DNA of 64,000 nt. Origin: a virus. A program made the position numbers and the translations under genes. Position 1 is the first letter of the stretch; every line of letters starts with the position of its first letter. The DNA lies in the IMG/VR virus record IMGVR_UViG_3300042691_021876, positions 32,001-96,000 of that record; one strand, written 5' to 3'. Positions 19,260 to 28,674 of the stretch are shown here, one piece after another. Below the pieces are notes generated by a model. The model ran no database searches, was not told the DNA's origin, and worked only from the letters and a program-made list of their open reading frames with translations.

Positions 19260-21240
19260 TCCACGGAAGTCTTAAACGTGGTATTGCGTTGTCAATGATA
19301 ATTCCAAATTGTGCATCTTGAACAATAGTTTCATTTAATATGATAGACTGTTTATCTAAATCCGTTTCCGTTTTATCATATAAACGTAAATTAGTTAATG
19401 CAAGATTACTTCCAACTAACTTATACTTAGAATTTAAACTTCTATCTATTGCATCAAATGGCATGCTTGTATTACTGTATATATTCTCAAGATCTGTTGT
19501 AAGTTCAGGCTGTGGAGTTTCTTCGTTCCACTTTCTAACCCAAAGGTCAATCGTTAACTGTCTATAAAAGTTTGACATATTTACAAATATTGCATACCAA
19601 TAATTTTCTACAAGATTTGCATTAAGAATGTTAAGGTATTCTTTTTGTGAATCTTTAAAAATTATGTATCGGCTTGCATAAATTGAAATTTTCCAACCTG
19701 CTCCATTTGAATATCCGTTAAATAAAATTTGTTCATTAGTTGCTTCTGCAATGTAACCAGTGTTAGAAAATGAAGATGCCCAATTTGAGTAATAAGTACT
19801 TAAGTACTGAATGATTTCATTTTTAACATTAAGCGTGTATACATAACCCGCAGTTACTGCAGTCACTGACGCAATTTCACCATAAAGTGCTAATCCGTTG
19901 TAGTGGCTTATTTTTATGTAAGAACCAACTGCATAATTTCTTTTAGCCGCAATCGTATACGTTAAAGGAGTTGTCAGTGGTCCAGCAGATCCTAATGTAA
20001 GATAACCTTTAACATTATCTTTAGGAAATGGTATAGTAAGTTTTAGTTCTTTAAACCACATGCATAATGATCTATCAACGGTAGCTGGGAAATCCACATT
20101 AGCGCGATATTCAACGGCAGTTGGTTGAACTGTTAAATTGGAATCATAAAGAGATCGTAGATCATATTGTGATTCTGAAAGTATGTTTGTATAATTTGGT
20201 AATTTCAATTGTGATATGATAAGTTTATCATTAATCTGTAAACGAGTTGGATCATAATCAACAGAACCAATCTTCGGATCAAATTGTTGAGGATCTGTTA
20301 TCTGAATTGCTTCAAGTCTAACTTCTTCTCCAAATCTTTCTTCACTATCCCAAGTAAGTTCGTCAAATTGCTCACGTAAATCTTGTGGCTCATAACGGTT
20401 AGCTTTAGGTGCATATTTTTTCAACGATATCTTCCAATAGATTTCCTTTTGCATTAAATCTTTGTAAAGATATGAAGTGTCTATTTCATATATCCTATTT
20501 GTTAATGAAAAGTATATGATGTCTCGTTTTTGAGGCCCTGTTCCTATACCAAAGATTTCTTCGTAGTAATCTTTAACGATTTGAATTTCAAACGGCATCT
20601 CAAAGTCAAGACCCATCGGATTAAACAGAATCTTATTATCAGGAAACTCATTCTTAGGTACAATAACTTTAATACACTTAGGATCATCAACATCGTATAA
20701 AGTCCATTCATGTAATGTTACATCTTTACCAATTGCCATCGGAACAGCTCTTGCATATAAAACATCATGCCCAAATAATTGATTAATACCGTATGATAGT
20801 TGTTTGTATAATGCAACTGCAGGATTAACTGCATAGGGTTTAAAAGTAAAGTTAGCAATCTTTGTTAAGTTACTAATGTTTCCTCTTTCAGAAACTGTAA
20901 ACATTGGAACGAATCCTAAGTAAGGATCTTTAGCATCGGCTGATTGAATACAGTTAACTTCTATACTATTAATTGTAGCAGGTCCGCCACTAATTAATGT
21001 TATACGGAAATCAACGAATAATGTATCGTCAGGATTTAAGATTATGGATTGTAAGTTTTGTGTAGTCAGTTCTATCCAAGATGCACGAACTCTGTTTGAT
21101 ACGCCCCAACGAAATTCTTTTTTAAGTACAGCCACTCCAGTGATGTCATCGCACCAGCCTGTAAGTTGTGTAACGTAATGAAAGGGCTTATCCTGAGTGA
21201 TTTTTACAAAGTCTCCGGGATTAGATAAAATTGCCAGCAT
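19243..21240 (-). CDS. neck / head-closure protein (gp14-like) with C-terminal beta-sandwich domain
   Basis: FGHDVLYARA..DVTLHEW..FG...PQKRDIIYF..NRIYEI pattern; late promoter. Confidence 0.5.
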   Translation of the reverse strand: MLAILSNPGDFVKITQDKPFHYVTQLTGWCDDITGVAVLKKEFRWGVSNRVRASWIELTTQNLQSIILNPDDTLFVDFRITLISGGPATINSIEVNCIQSADAKDPYLGFVPMFTVSERGNISNLTKIANFTFKPYAVNPAVALYKQLSYGINQLFGHDVLYARAVPMAIGKDVTLHEWTLYDVDDPKCIKVIVPKNEFPDNKILFNPMGLDFEMPFEIQIVKDYYEEIFGIGTGPQKRDIIYFSLTNRIYEIDTSYLYKDLMQKEIYWKISLKKYAPKANRYEPQDLREQFDELTWDSEERFGEEVRLEAIQITDPQQFDPKIGSVDYDPTRLQINDKLIISQLKLPNYTNILSESQYDLRSLYDSNLTVQPTAVEYRANVDFPATVDRSLCMWFKELKLTIPFPKDNVKGYLTLGSAGPLTTPLTYTIAAKRNYAVGSYIKISHYNGLALYGEIASVTAVTAGYVYTLNVKNEIIQYLSTYYSNWASSFSNTGYIAEATNEQILFNGYSNGAGWKISIYASRYIIFKDSQKEYLNILNANLVENYWYAIFVNMSNFYRQLTIDLWVRKWNEETPQPELTTDLENIYSNTSMPFDAIDRSLNSKYKLVGSNLALTNLRLYDKTETDLDKQSIILNETIVQDAQFGIIIDNAIPRLRLPWIGKTK

Positions 21241-21280
21241 CCTGAATGTATTTTATGTATATATTCATGGATGCTGGCAA
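21231..21280 (-). promoter_or_regulatory. inverted repeat enclosing a late promoter and the start codon of the neck gene
   Basis: perfect 12-bp arms TTGCCAGCATCC / GGATGCTGGCAA; GAATATATA at 21258-21266 inside. Confidence 0.75.
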
Positions 21281-21283
21281 GTA

Positions 21284-21691
21284 TTATTGTGTTATGAGTG
21301 CTTCATACTGTTTTACTTCTGAAATGAATTCTTCACCAAGAATTTTTACCGAAGTGTCAAAATCACGGCGGGACATTTGAAACTTATCACAATACCATTT
21401 TACAGTTTCATCTGTAAACTCTGCTTTTGCTTTTTTGTCCTCTTTAACCTTTTTTGTTTTGACGTACATCCACGAAGGCGTGCGGCTATACATTTTACTC
21501 CAGTTATCCTGCCAATATGAAACAGTCTGCCCTGGGTTAATTCTTAAATGATTAAAGTAAGCTGCTTGCACCGGAAACTTAATTGATGCAAAACGATTAA
21601 TCATAAAGAAATGCTTTGCTCGTTCATGCATAGGAATCTTTTTAAATTCCTGTTGTTTGAACATTGTATTAATAAATTCGAATAAATCCAT
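21284..21691 (-). CDS. putative clamp loader small subunit (gp62-like)
   Basis: MDLFEFIN...FFMINRFAS pattern; size; middle-type promoter at 21739-21765. Confidence 0.5.
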   Translation of the reverse strand: MDLFEFINTMFKQQEFKKIPMHERAKHFFMINRFASIKFPVQAAYFNHLRINPGQTVSYWQDNWSKMYSRTPSWMYVKTKKVKEDKKAKAEFTDETVKWYCDKFQMSRRDFDTSVKILGEEFISEVKQYEALITQ

Positions 21692-21778
21692 TGAGTAGAT
21701 GTTTATTAGATGACCCTAGAGGCATTGTTATTTATTGATTATATTTGCTACTGTTAGGATAGTTTTAATCTTTTAGAA

Positions 21779-22885
21779 TTACATTCCAAAATCTTTGAAG
21801 ATATCAGCCTCAACCACAATCTTAGGTCCATTCACATAGTTGGTTCCAGATAGTAAATGAGTCATATCATAATTAGCTGCAGGCAACGAATCATTTTTAT
21901 GTTTCTCAAATGAGATCTTGAAATTATCTTGTATGTCTTGTGGAATAACTCTGCCGTCAAGATAAACTAGAGTTATGTTACGCTCAAGACGAGATTTAAT
22001 AACATCCGCGGCAACAGTCTGTTTACAAGTTGAAGCAATTCCGTTAGCAACTTCCATAGCTCTTTCAGGTAAATGATAGATGTCATCAATGAATTTAGTA
22101 CGGTTTACGATTTCATAAATACGTTCTGCTTTGGCCGGGGTAACTCTAAATGTTTTACCTTTTGCGTCCCATGTCCAAACAGGTGGCACTGCATCACCAG
22201 CGTCTCCAGTAATTACTTTACAGAAAATCATAAATGCTGGATCTATTTCTTCAACAGGAATAGCGTGCATAGCATCTGCAATTAAATCCTTATTACTTCC
22301 CATATAAGTAGAAGCATCGAATAAATCATAGCTTTCGGTTTTAAGCCATTCCTTAAATCCAATAGGAGCAACGATCTTACGATTTTTAGAATTTGGATTA
22401 AAGCATACGACAAAGTTTTTCTCGTTCATGCGAACACATTGTGTTAAGTCACCGTCACCGGTAATGATAACACTGTCTTGTCCTTGTTGAAATAAATGAT
22501 TTGCCCATAAATACATAAGATCATCGCCTTCGGCGCGATCTTCACGAGAAACGATAAATCCTTTTTTGGTTAGGATCTCACCAAACTCATTCATCATTTT
22601 ATAAAACTGGTCCCAGTTAATTTTAGATTCATCCTTGGTACGAGTACCTTTATATGCGCCGTCTTCAATCAGAACCTCCTTTCTCCAGGATCTTGCGTCA
22701 ATTGTAAAGATTATTTTGTCAGGACTTCCGAAGTTACGGATAGCGTGTGACATGTCAGTTGCGATTTTACGCATGAACATATCTTGATCTTTTTTATCAT
22801 CAAGTAGCCTTTTGCCATTTGAATAACCACCGAAGATAAACAGTGTTTTGTAGAATAAGTAATTCCCGTCAAATATTAGATTCAT
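21779..22885 (-). CDS. rnh: 5'-3' exonuclease / RNase H (T4 rnh, FEN family)
   Basis: LIFDGN, SWRK..YKGTR, EGDD, TGDGDLTQ, GDAGDAVP. Confidence 0.85.
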   Translation of the reverse strand: MNLIFDGNYLFYKTLFIFGGYSNGKRLLDDKKDQDMFMRKIATDMSHAIRNFGSPDKIIFTIDARSWRKEVLIEDGAYKGTRTKDESKINWDQFYKMMNEFGEILTKKGFIVSREDRAEGDDLMYLWANHLFQQGQDSVIITGDGDLTQCVRMNEKNFVVCFNPNSKNRKIVAPIGFKEWLKTESYDLFDASTYMGSNKDLIADAMHAIPVEEIDPAFMIFCKVITGDAGDAVPPVWTWDAKGKTFRVTPAKAERIYEIVNRTKFIDDIYHLPERAMEVANGIASTCKQTVAADVIKSRLERNITLVYLDGRVIPQDIQDNFKISFEKHKNDSLPAANYDMTHLLSGTNYVNGPKIVVEADIFKDFGM

Positions 22886-22968
22886 ATAAATATATGTTGT
22901 TTATTATTATATGGTAAAATTAACCAATAGTTTTCACATATGCAAATTTTTGTCCAATTATTTTTGCA

Positions 22969-23439
22969 TTATTTTAATTGTTTTATTCTTGACCTTAACG
23001 CAGCAACCGCAGTTTCAAAATCATTAAATAATGGAACGTTAAATCTATGACAAACTATTTCAACATTACCTTTTCTCCAGAATCCGTCCGGACAGCAAAC
23101 TATTAGTCTATTACTATTAGCATGTAATCCTAATTCCAATAAAGTAATTGGTGATTTAGATTCTGGTAAGATGTTCATAAAGATTATATCAGCTTCTTCC
23201 AATTTGTCCATTTCCCAATTTACTTGACCATTAAACTCTGGATTAGTAGCTCTTTGTTCCCATGAAGAATCCCATTCATCTCTTCGAGGATTAAAGAATG
23301 TTACTTCACAATCATCGAGTTTATTCTGTACCTCTGTCTGCCAATCAACAGACGAACCCATATCTATGGAACCAGCTAAAAAAATCCCAGGGTAATTGTC
23401 CTGGGATTGATTAGAGCTAGTAGGTTTAATTACTTGCAT
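22969..23439 (-). CDS. nucleoside 2-deoxyribosyltransferase-like protein
   Basis: IFLAGSIDMG..DWQ, FNPRR, QVNWE, SPITLLELGL, GFWRKGNV. Confidence 0.8.
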   Translation of the reverse strand: MQVIKPTSSNQSQDNYPGIFLAGSIDMGSSVDWQTEVQNKLDDCEVTFFNPRRDEWDSSWEQRATNPEFNGQVNWEMDKLEEADIIFMNILPESKSPITLLELGLHANSNRLIVCCPDGFWRKGNVEIVCHRFNVPLFNDFETAVAALRSRIKQLK

Positions 23440-24943
23440 TAGTCAATTCCATTATTTTAGCTCTGATTGCAGTCAAAGTAGTTTGGTTATAGAAGTTTCC
23501 GTTTTCATATATTGTTTGTAATACTCCCGTGTTCTCTTCTTCAGCAGAACATTGTGTTTTTACAGTGTATACACCGTTTTCTTCAATCACAGCACATTTA
23601 CCTTTTAATGATTTTTTAGTACCATCATCAGTTATTGGTTCTTTATAGATGTCAATCCCTTTTCCGTTATTCTCAAACCAAGCACCTTTTGCAGCGTACC
23701 CAAAAGTATCACGTGTAGTGAATTGGTATGTAAATGAACCTACACCTAAAACAATATTAGTTGAAGCAAATCCTTTAGCTTCTAATCTTGTATAGATTTC
23801 AATTTGACGGTCAAGTGTAATTGAATCTCCATAGATTGCTCCAATATGTGGGTCTAATACTTTGTAACCTTGAGCATTAATAGTACCGCCAAAGATATCC
23901 CAAAGTAATTCAATTACTCCTTTTTCAGCGGAATCCACGTTTTCATCGTATGGATTTTGTTCAGCATTCCAGCTTTTACCACAGATGATATCTACTGGGT
24001 CACCAGAGTCAGGACGAATTACAAGTTTACCATCACGTGACATGATTTGATCTTTGTTTGCTGGTAAATACTCAGTAATTAATTTCCATAGGTCAAAGGT
24101 ATCCGCTACGATAGAAAGGATTCCTTTATCAAATTCTGTTAACCAATCGGATATCATTTGTTGCTCACCTACGGTAAAAATTTTGGTAGTTGAGACAGAG
24201 TGCTCAGAAGCATTTACTGAAGCTATGCAAACTTCATCCTCAGATTCATCATAGAAATAACGGGCAGCTGGAATGACCACGATTGAGTCAGAACCCATAA
24301 AAGAAAAGGCGTGTCCAAGACCAGAAGATAAACTATCCCAAGGAGATAATCCACGAGCTGAGAAATCATGGCATAAGTAAGGAATTAACCAAGCATTTTC
24401 AGGGTCAGTTTTAGTTACCCATTTTACAAGGTTTCTTTTATACTGTAATGCAATAGTTGCAGAAGTAGCTGGTTTCCAAGCTAAAGATGAGATAATAGTT
24501 TCAAGATATAATGTTAACCAAGCAAAGCCAGGTACAGTGTTAATGAAAGTCATATGAGGAATATTTGCATCGGTCTCAATTCCTTCAGGTAAGGCTTTGA
24601 TTTTAATAGGCAAGTATCCTAAATCGTGTAGTGCTTCAAAGTGCGAAGCATCGTATGGCATACCTAAGTATTTTGCCATGTCAGTTCCAAATTTGGTTGC
24701 AGTTTCTCGTGGCATGCTAAAGAAATTCTCTTGCCATTCAGCATGTAACCAACGAACAGTTAATTGATGACCAATGGAAAGAATTTTGTCAATTCCTTTT
24801 GGTGCATGTTTTGTACTTCTTGGGATCCAAGTTCCGTATAAGAAATCCGTGCCTGGGGCAAGCATTCTTTTATGACCAACTTTATATCCGTCAGAATAAT
24901 AAGGAGCAGGTGCTCTAAAAGTCTTTTGTAATTTAGATAACAT
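23426..24943 (-). CDS. nicotinamide phosphoribosyltransferase-family protein (NAMPT / Namat-like)
   Basis: SDGYKVGH, HDFSARG, ASEHSV, SIVADTFD, VIRPDSGDP, IYGDSIT, GVGSFTYQ..TRDT. Confidence 0.9.
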   Translation of the reverse strand: MLSKLQKTFRAPAPYYSDGYKVGHKRMLAPGTDFLYGTWIPRSTKHAPKGIDKILSIGHQLTVRWLHAEWQENFFSMPRETATKFGTDMAKYLGMPYDASHFEALHDLGYLPIKIKALPEGIETDANIPHMTFINTVPGFAWLTLYLETIISSLAWKPATSATIALQYKRNLVKWVTKTDPENAWLIPYLCHDFSARGLSPWDSLSSGLGHAFSFMGSDSIVVIPAARYFYDESEDEVCIASVNASEHSVSTTKIFTVGEQQMISDWLTEFDKGILSIVADTFDLWKLITEYLPANKDQIMSRDGKLVIRPDSGDPVDIICGKSWNAEQNPYDENVDSAEKGVIELLWDIFGGTINAQGYKVLDPHIGAIYGDSITLDRQIEIYTRLEAKGFASTNIVLGVGSFTYQFTTRDTFGYAAKGAWFENNGKGIDIYKEPITDDGTKKSLKGKCAVIEENGVYTVKTQCSAEEENTGVLQTIYENGNFYNQTTLTAIRAKIMELTNASN

Positions 24944-24970
24944 AATTTATATTTGTTTTAAATTAATAGT

Positions 24971-25027
24971 TAAAATTAACCAAAATAAAGATACTAAGCA
25001 AATATTTTGGTGCGAAGTTATTAACAA
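24971..25027 (-). promoter_or_regulatory. early-type promoter (TTGTTAATAAC box, TTTG, TAATTTTA)
   Basis: conserved box with -33/-7-like elements. Confidence 0.65.
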
Positions 25028-25501
25028 TTATAAAAGTTCTTGTTTAACTATTGTAATTGCTTGGCCTAAAAGATTAAGACCTTTCCAACACATTGGATAC
25101 TCAACATTAGGATCGTCTTCAGCCATTCCTATACCCCAGATATTATCAAGTGGTGATGCCTCAACCATGATTCTTTTACCTGTAAGCATTAATGCAGCTT
25201 TAAGATCAGGATTTTGTTTAAACTTAAAATAGTTTCCTTTGATTACAATGCTTAGGCAAACTTTATCCCAAACACTTTTGTCAAAGTTTTTAATCATACG
25301 GCCATATTTCTTTTGCTCTCTTGGATTAGATTCTTCCATGATAAGTTTAGCAATTTCCGTATCACCAAATGTTAAGGCTTTTTGGTGCATCATGTATTGT
25401 TCACATGAATTGTAAGTGATACCGTCAATAGTCATATTTGCTTTATGCCATTGAGAGTAAATACCACTCCAGAAGAATACGTATTTATTTGTGGTTTTCA
25501 T
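25028..25501 (-). CDS. NADAR (YbiA-like) family protein
   Basis: FFW..YSQW, EQYMMHQKA..FGD, KKYGR, KFKQN, VEASPLDNIWGIG, GLNLLG. Confidence 0.9.
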   Translation of the reverse strand: MKTTNKYVFFWSGIYSQWHKANMTIDGITYNSCEQYMMHQKALTFGDTEIAKLIMEESNPREQKKYGRMIKNFDKSVWDKVCLSIVIKGNYFKFKQNPDLKAALMLTGKRIMVEASPLDNIWGIGMAEDDPNVEYPMCWKGLNLLGQAITIVKQELL

Positions 25502-26142
25502 TATTGTGGTAAGATTACGATTGTTACTTTACAATCAATTAATTCTGTTTGAATAATTTTTTTGATTCTTTCCCAATCGCCACCAGCAAGACCAGCGCCA
25601 ATTTTAGGAAGACCTATATGAAGTCCTTTAAACTCAACATTTAGTTTTCTCATTACGATTGTGATTGCTTCATAATCCACGGGTTTGGAAACGCCGTCTA
25701 TATGATTCTTGCCATAACGATATTGTGTATAGGCATTCACAACAGTTAATTCAGGATCATTGTTAATGTTAGAATCCAATTTGCGATTCCATAGACCACC
25801 TTTAGATATTACAAAGGTTTCATAGTCAATGCAACCTAATTTGTTTATGCTTGGACCTTTAAGTTCTAAGTTAAATTTATCACAGCCAAAAGCTTGAGCC
25901 ATATGTGGAGCAATACCAGCTGCCATAGTTGAATGACAATTACAGCCATGAACAATTACATTAAAAGCACCTTCTTTAGCTAAGGCTATAAGATCACCGG
26001 TAACTTCAGAATATCTTGCTTTTAGTTTTGCTTCTTCTAATACATTAGTGATTGGCGATTCTTGGCATGGATCTATTTTACATTCACCATTACAAGGACC
26101 GTGTTCACAATACCAACAGTGGAGTCCAATACCTATAGCCAT
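25501..26142 (-). CDS. macro domain protein with N-terminal Cys/His cluster
   Basis: GDLI..IVHGCNCHSTMAAGIA, VVNAYTQY, PKIGAGLAGGDW. Confidence 0.88.
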   Translation of the reverse strand: MAIGIGLHCWYCEHGPCNGECKIDPCQESPITNVLEEAKLKARYSEVTGDLIALAKEGAFNVIVHGCNCHSTMAAGIAPHMAQAFGCDKFNLELKGPSINKLGCIDYETFVISKGGLWNRKLDSNINNDPELTVVNAYTQYRYGKNHIDGVSKPVDYEAITIVMRKLNVEFKGLHIGLPKIGAGLAGGDWERIKKIIQTELIDCKVTIVILPQ

Positions 26143-27044
26143 TAGAATACGTTATAAACGTTAAGTTTATGTAATTCATTATCGTTTTGGATTGAAAACT
26201 CTGAATCATTTTCAGGACGGATTGAATTAGTTGTGTAAATTGCATCAAACAATTTGTTTAGTTCCTTTAGACCGCTTGAAAAGATACCGTGTGTGATTAC
26301 TAATGTTATAGTATCATTAAATATTTCTTGTGGTCGGATTTCACGAATTGCTTTTGCTAATTCAATAAAGGTTCTACCGCCATCACAAATATCATCAACA
26401 ATAACAAAGTTTTGTGGACCTGCTCCGTAATTACTTTGTGGTATTTCAGTATGAGTAATCTTACCGGTTTTAACATCACGGTGCTTATTTGCCACAATAA
26501 TTTTATCAATACTGAATGTTTCAGCCACATGATAAATTTTCTTTAATGCACCAGCATCAGGAGAAACAAGATGTAAGGTTTCTCGAGCGCCGTTTTTATT
26601 ATCAATCTTGGTTAAAGCAAACTTAACTAACCCTGTGTTATCAGTTTTCTTGAAGTTATTTAAACATGCTTCAAGAACATCGGAATGAGGATCCAATACA
26701 TGCACCTCTGAAAAATTCTGAGAGTTAATGATTGGGCAAATAACAGTCTTAAGGTAATTTGTAGAACCTATTAAGAATTTTCTATCAGATCTTGCACCTA
26801 AGAAATACGGAACATACAGACTAACAGATTTTGCACCAAGTTCAAGTAATGCTTGGTTTGCACAAATGATTAATTCCAAATCACGAAATGAGTTTAATCT
26901 TGATTTGATTTGAACTGATTTGATTTTGTTATTAAAAGAATACCCACTTGGCTCAATCGTAATAGATTGTTGACCGTCAGGAAAGCTTGAGATTTTAAAT
27001 CCAATTTCGGATTTTGTAGAATCTGCTAAATTAAGTATGTTCAT
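26142..27044 (-). CDS. ribose-phosphate pyrophosphokinase-family protein (Prs / Adps-like)
   Basis: FPDGQ, PYFLGARSDR, DPHS, VSPDAGA, IVDDICDGGRTF, THGIFS; start moved to ATG at 27044 because the longer frame overlaps the promoter. Confidence 0.88.
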   Translation of the reverse strand: MNILNLADSTKSEIGFKISSFPDGQQSITIEPSGYSFNNKIKSVQIKSRLNSFRDLELIICANQALLELGAKSVSLYVPYFLGARSDRKFLIGSTNYLKTVICPIINSQNFSEVHVLDPHSDVLEACLNNFKKTDNTGLVKFALTKIDNKNGARETLHLVSPDAGALKKIYHVAETFSIDKIIVANKHRDVKTGKITHTEIPQSNYGAGPQNFVIVDDICDGGRTFIELAKAIREIRPQEIFNDTITLVITHGIFSSGLKELNKLFDAIYTTNSIRPENDSEFSIQNDNELHKLNVYNVF

Positions 27045-27064
27045 ATTATTTTTATTTAGATAGT

Positions 27065-27121
27065 TAAAATTAACCAATTGTTTTCACAATGGCAAACTTT
27101 AATCTAATAAGTTATTAACAA
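27065..27121 (-). promoter_or_regulatory. early-type promoter (TTGTTAATAAC box, TTTG-N20-TAATTTTA)
   Basis: conserved motif and spacing. Confidence 0.65.
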
Positions 27122-27124
27122 CTA

Positions 27125-27385
27125 TTATTCAGCTATTACATAATTCCATTTTTGCATTAGCTCTTCAACTCTTGAGTCAAGCTGTTTACGTAAGATTGCT
27201 AATTCATTAACCATTGGAAGCGGTCCTTGCCAAACTCGTTCTCTTTGTAAATCACCTTCTCTGTCTATAAAATAGATATACATTCTCGGTCCAATTTTTG
27301 CAATGTCAAATTTCTTTGGACTTAATGCTGGATATTTTTCAGCAATAAATTTCTTAAGGTCTTTTGCCGTGTTCATTATCTTCAA
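27125..27385 (-). CDS. hypothetical protein
   Basis: 86-aa ORF overlapping the upstream gene. Confidence 0.6.
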   Translation of the reverse strand: MKIMNTAKDLKKFIAEKYPALSPKKFDIAKIGPRMYIYFIDREGDLQRERVWQGPLPMVNELAILRKQLDSRVEELMQKWNYVIAE

Positions 27386-27683
27386 TTTTGATTACGTCTT
27401 CACCATCTTTATATTTAGCACGAACTTCGGCTAAAAAGAATTTACCTTGAGATTCCGCGGCGCAAAATTCTCTATATGTTTCAGGCATGAACTTGCAGTA
27501 TTTGTATTTCTTGTCATTATTAAACGTAACTGTAAACTCATATTTTAAAGCATCATATGTAGTTTCTTTTAATAAAGATGATGTCCACTGTTTAGTTTCA
27601 GGAACGTATTCACGAGCATAGTCTCTCATGATTTGGTCTAATGAAACATGTTCATCAGAGCTAATTGGTAATTCGCTTTTCAT
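27354..27683 (-). CDS. KTSC-domain protein
   Basis: SSLLKETTYD...VTFNN.KKYKY....ETY..F.AAESQGKFF. Confidence 0.75.
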   Translation of the reverse strand: MKSELPISSDEHVSLDQIMRDYAREYVPETKQWTSSLLKETTYDALKYEFTVTFNNDKKYKYCKFMPETYREFCAAESQGKFFLAEVRAKYKDGEDVIKIEDNEHGKRP

Positions 27684-27685
27684 AA

Positions 27686-28633
27686 TTAAGAATTTAAAAT
27701 GATTTGAGTTTCAAATACTGCTGCAAGCATTGTAATGCAAGGATCAATCACGTGTACTCGTTGTGCTTGATAGTGAGCAATCTTAATTAAGATTTGCGGT
27801 ACCTTTGCAAATTTGGTAGGATGATTATCTCTTATGTAATCTGGAAGCTCTTGACCTAATGCATGAAGAACATCATCAACTTTACTACTATAATTTGTCA
27901 TTAAGAATTTGTAATTCTCTTGAGAATTTGGAGCACCAAGCACAAGATCAAATACATCACGATATGAATAGTTTAATTTACGAACATCTTCAGGCTGGAT
28001 TTCTTTTACACCTTGAACATGGAAAGTTTGAATTTTATTTACAATAGAACGCATGTCAGGAAAATTCCTTTTCACAAATTCAATTACTGCTTCTTTACTA
28101 ATAGTAATTCCACAAGCTGTAAAGATTTGGTATGATCTTTTAATAAACTCAACCATTACTTCTTTTTCTTCTTCTTTACTTAAAAAGTCAAAAGGAATAC
28201 AAGTAAACCTAGATTGAACTGGGTCTGGTACTTTATTAATGTAGTTACAAGTTCCGATGAATCTTGCGTTATTAGCAAATTTCTCAATCGTTGCTCTAAG
28301 AGCTTTGTAAAATTGATCACTTGCTCCGTCCATCTCGTCAAGAATAACCACTTTAAATTTTTCAGCGCCATCAAGAAGACTAATGGTAGAACACCATGTA
28401 GATATCTTATCACGGATTACATCAACTGAACTTTCGTCAGATACGTTAATGTAAAGTGTTGGATAGTTTTTTGCTAACACTTTTGCTAAAGAGGTTTTAC
28501 CTAAACCGGCTGAACCATAGAACAAGTAGTTCTGATGTAATTCGCCGTTACCTAATGATTGTCTGATTCTTTTTGGTAGAATCATTTGGTCCAAATTCTG
28601 TGGACGATATTTTTCTGTAAATAGTTTGCTCAT
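27686..28633 (-). CDS. clamp loader AAA+ subunit (gp44/RFC-like)
   Basis: EKYRPQ, GSAGLGKT, VILDEMD, SRF, PDMRS. Confidence 0.92.
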   Translation of the reverse strand: MSKLFTEKYRPQNLDQMILPKRIRQSLGNGELHQNYLFYGSAGLGKTSLAKVLAKNYPTLYINVSDESSVDVIRDKISTWCSTISLLDGAEKFKVVILDEMDGASDQFYKALRATIEKFANNARFIGTCNYINKVPDPVQSRFTCIPFDFLSKEEEKEVMVEFIKRSYQIFTACGITISKEAVIEFVKRNFPDMRSIVNKIQTFHVQGVKEIQPEDVRKLNYSYRDVFDLVLGAPNSQENYKFLMTNYSSKVDDVLHALGQELPDYIRDNHPTKFAKVPQILIKIAHYQAQRVHVIDPCITMLAAVFETQIILNS

Positions 28634-28674
28634 GTAATTTATATACTTAATGGTATACCTTAGTTTTTAATTTC

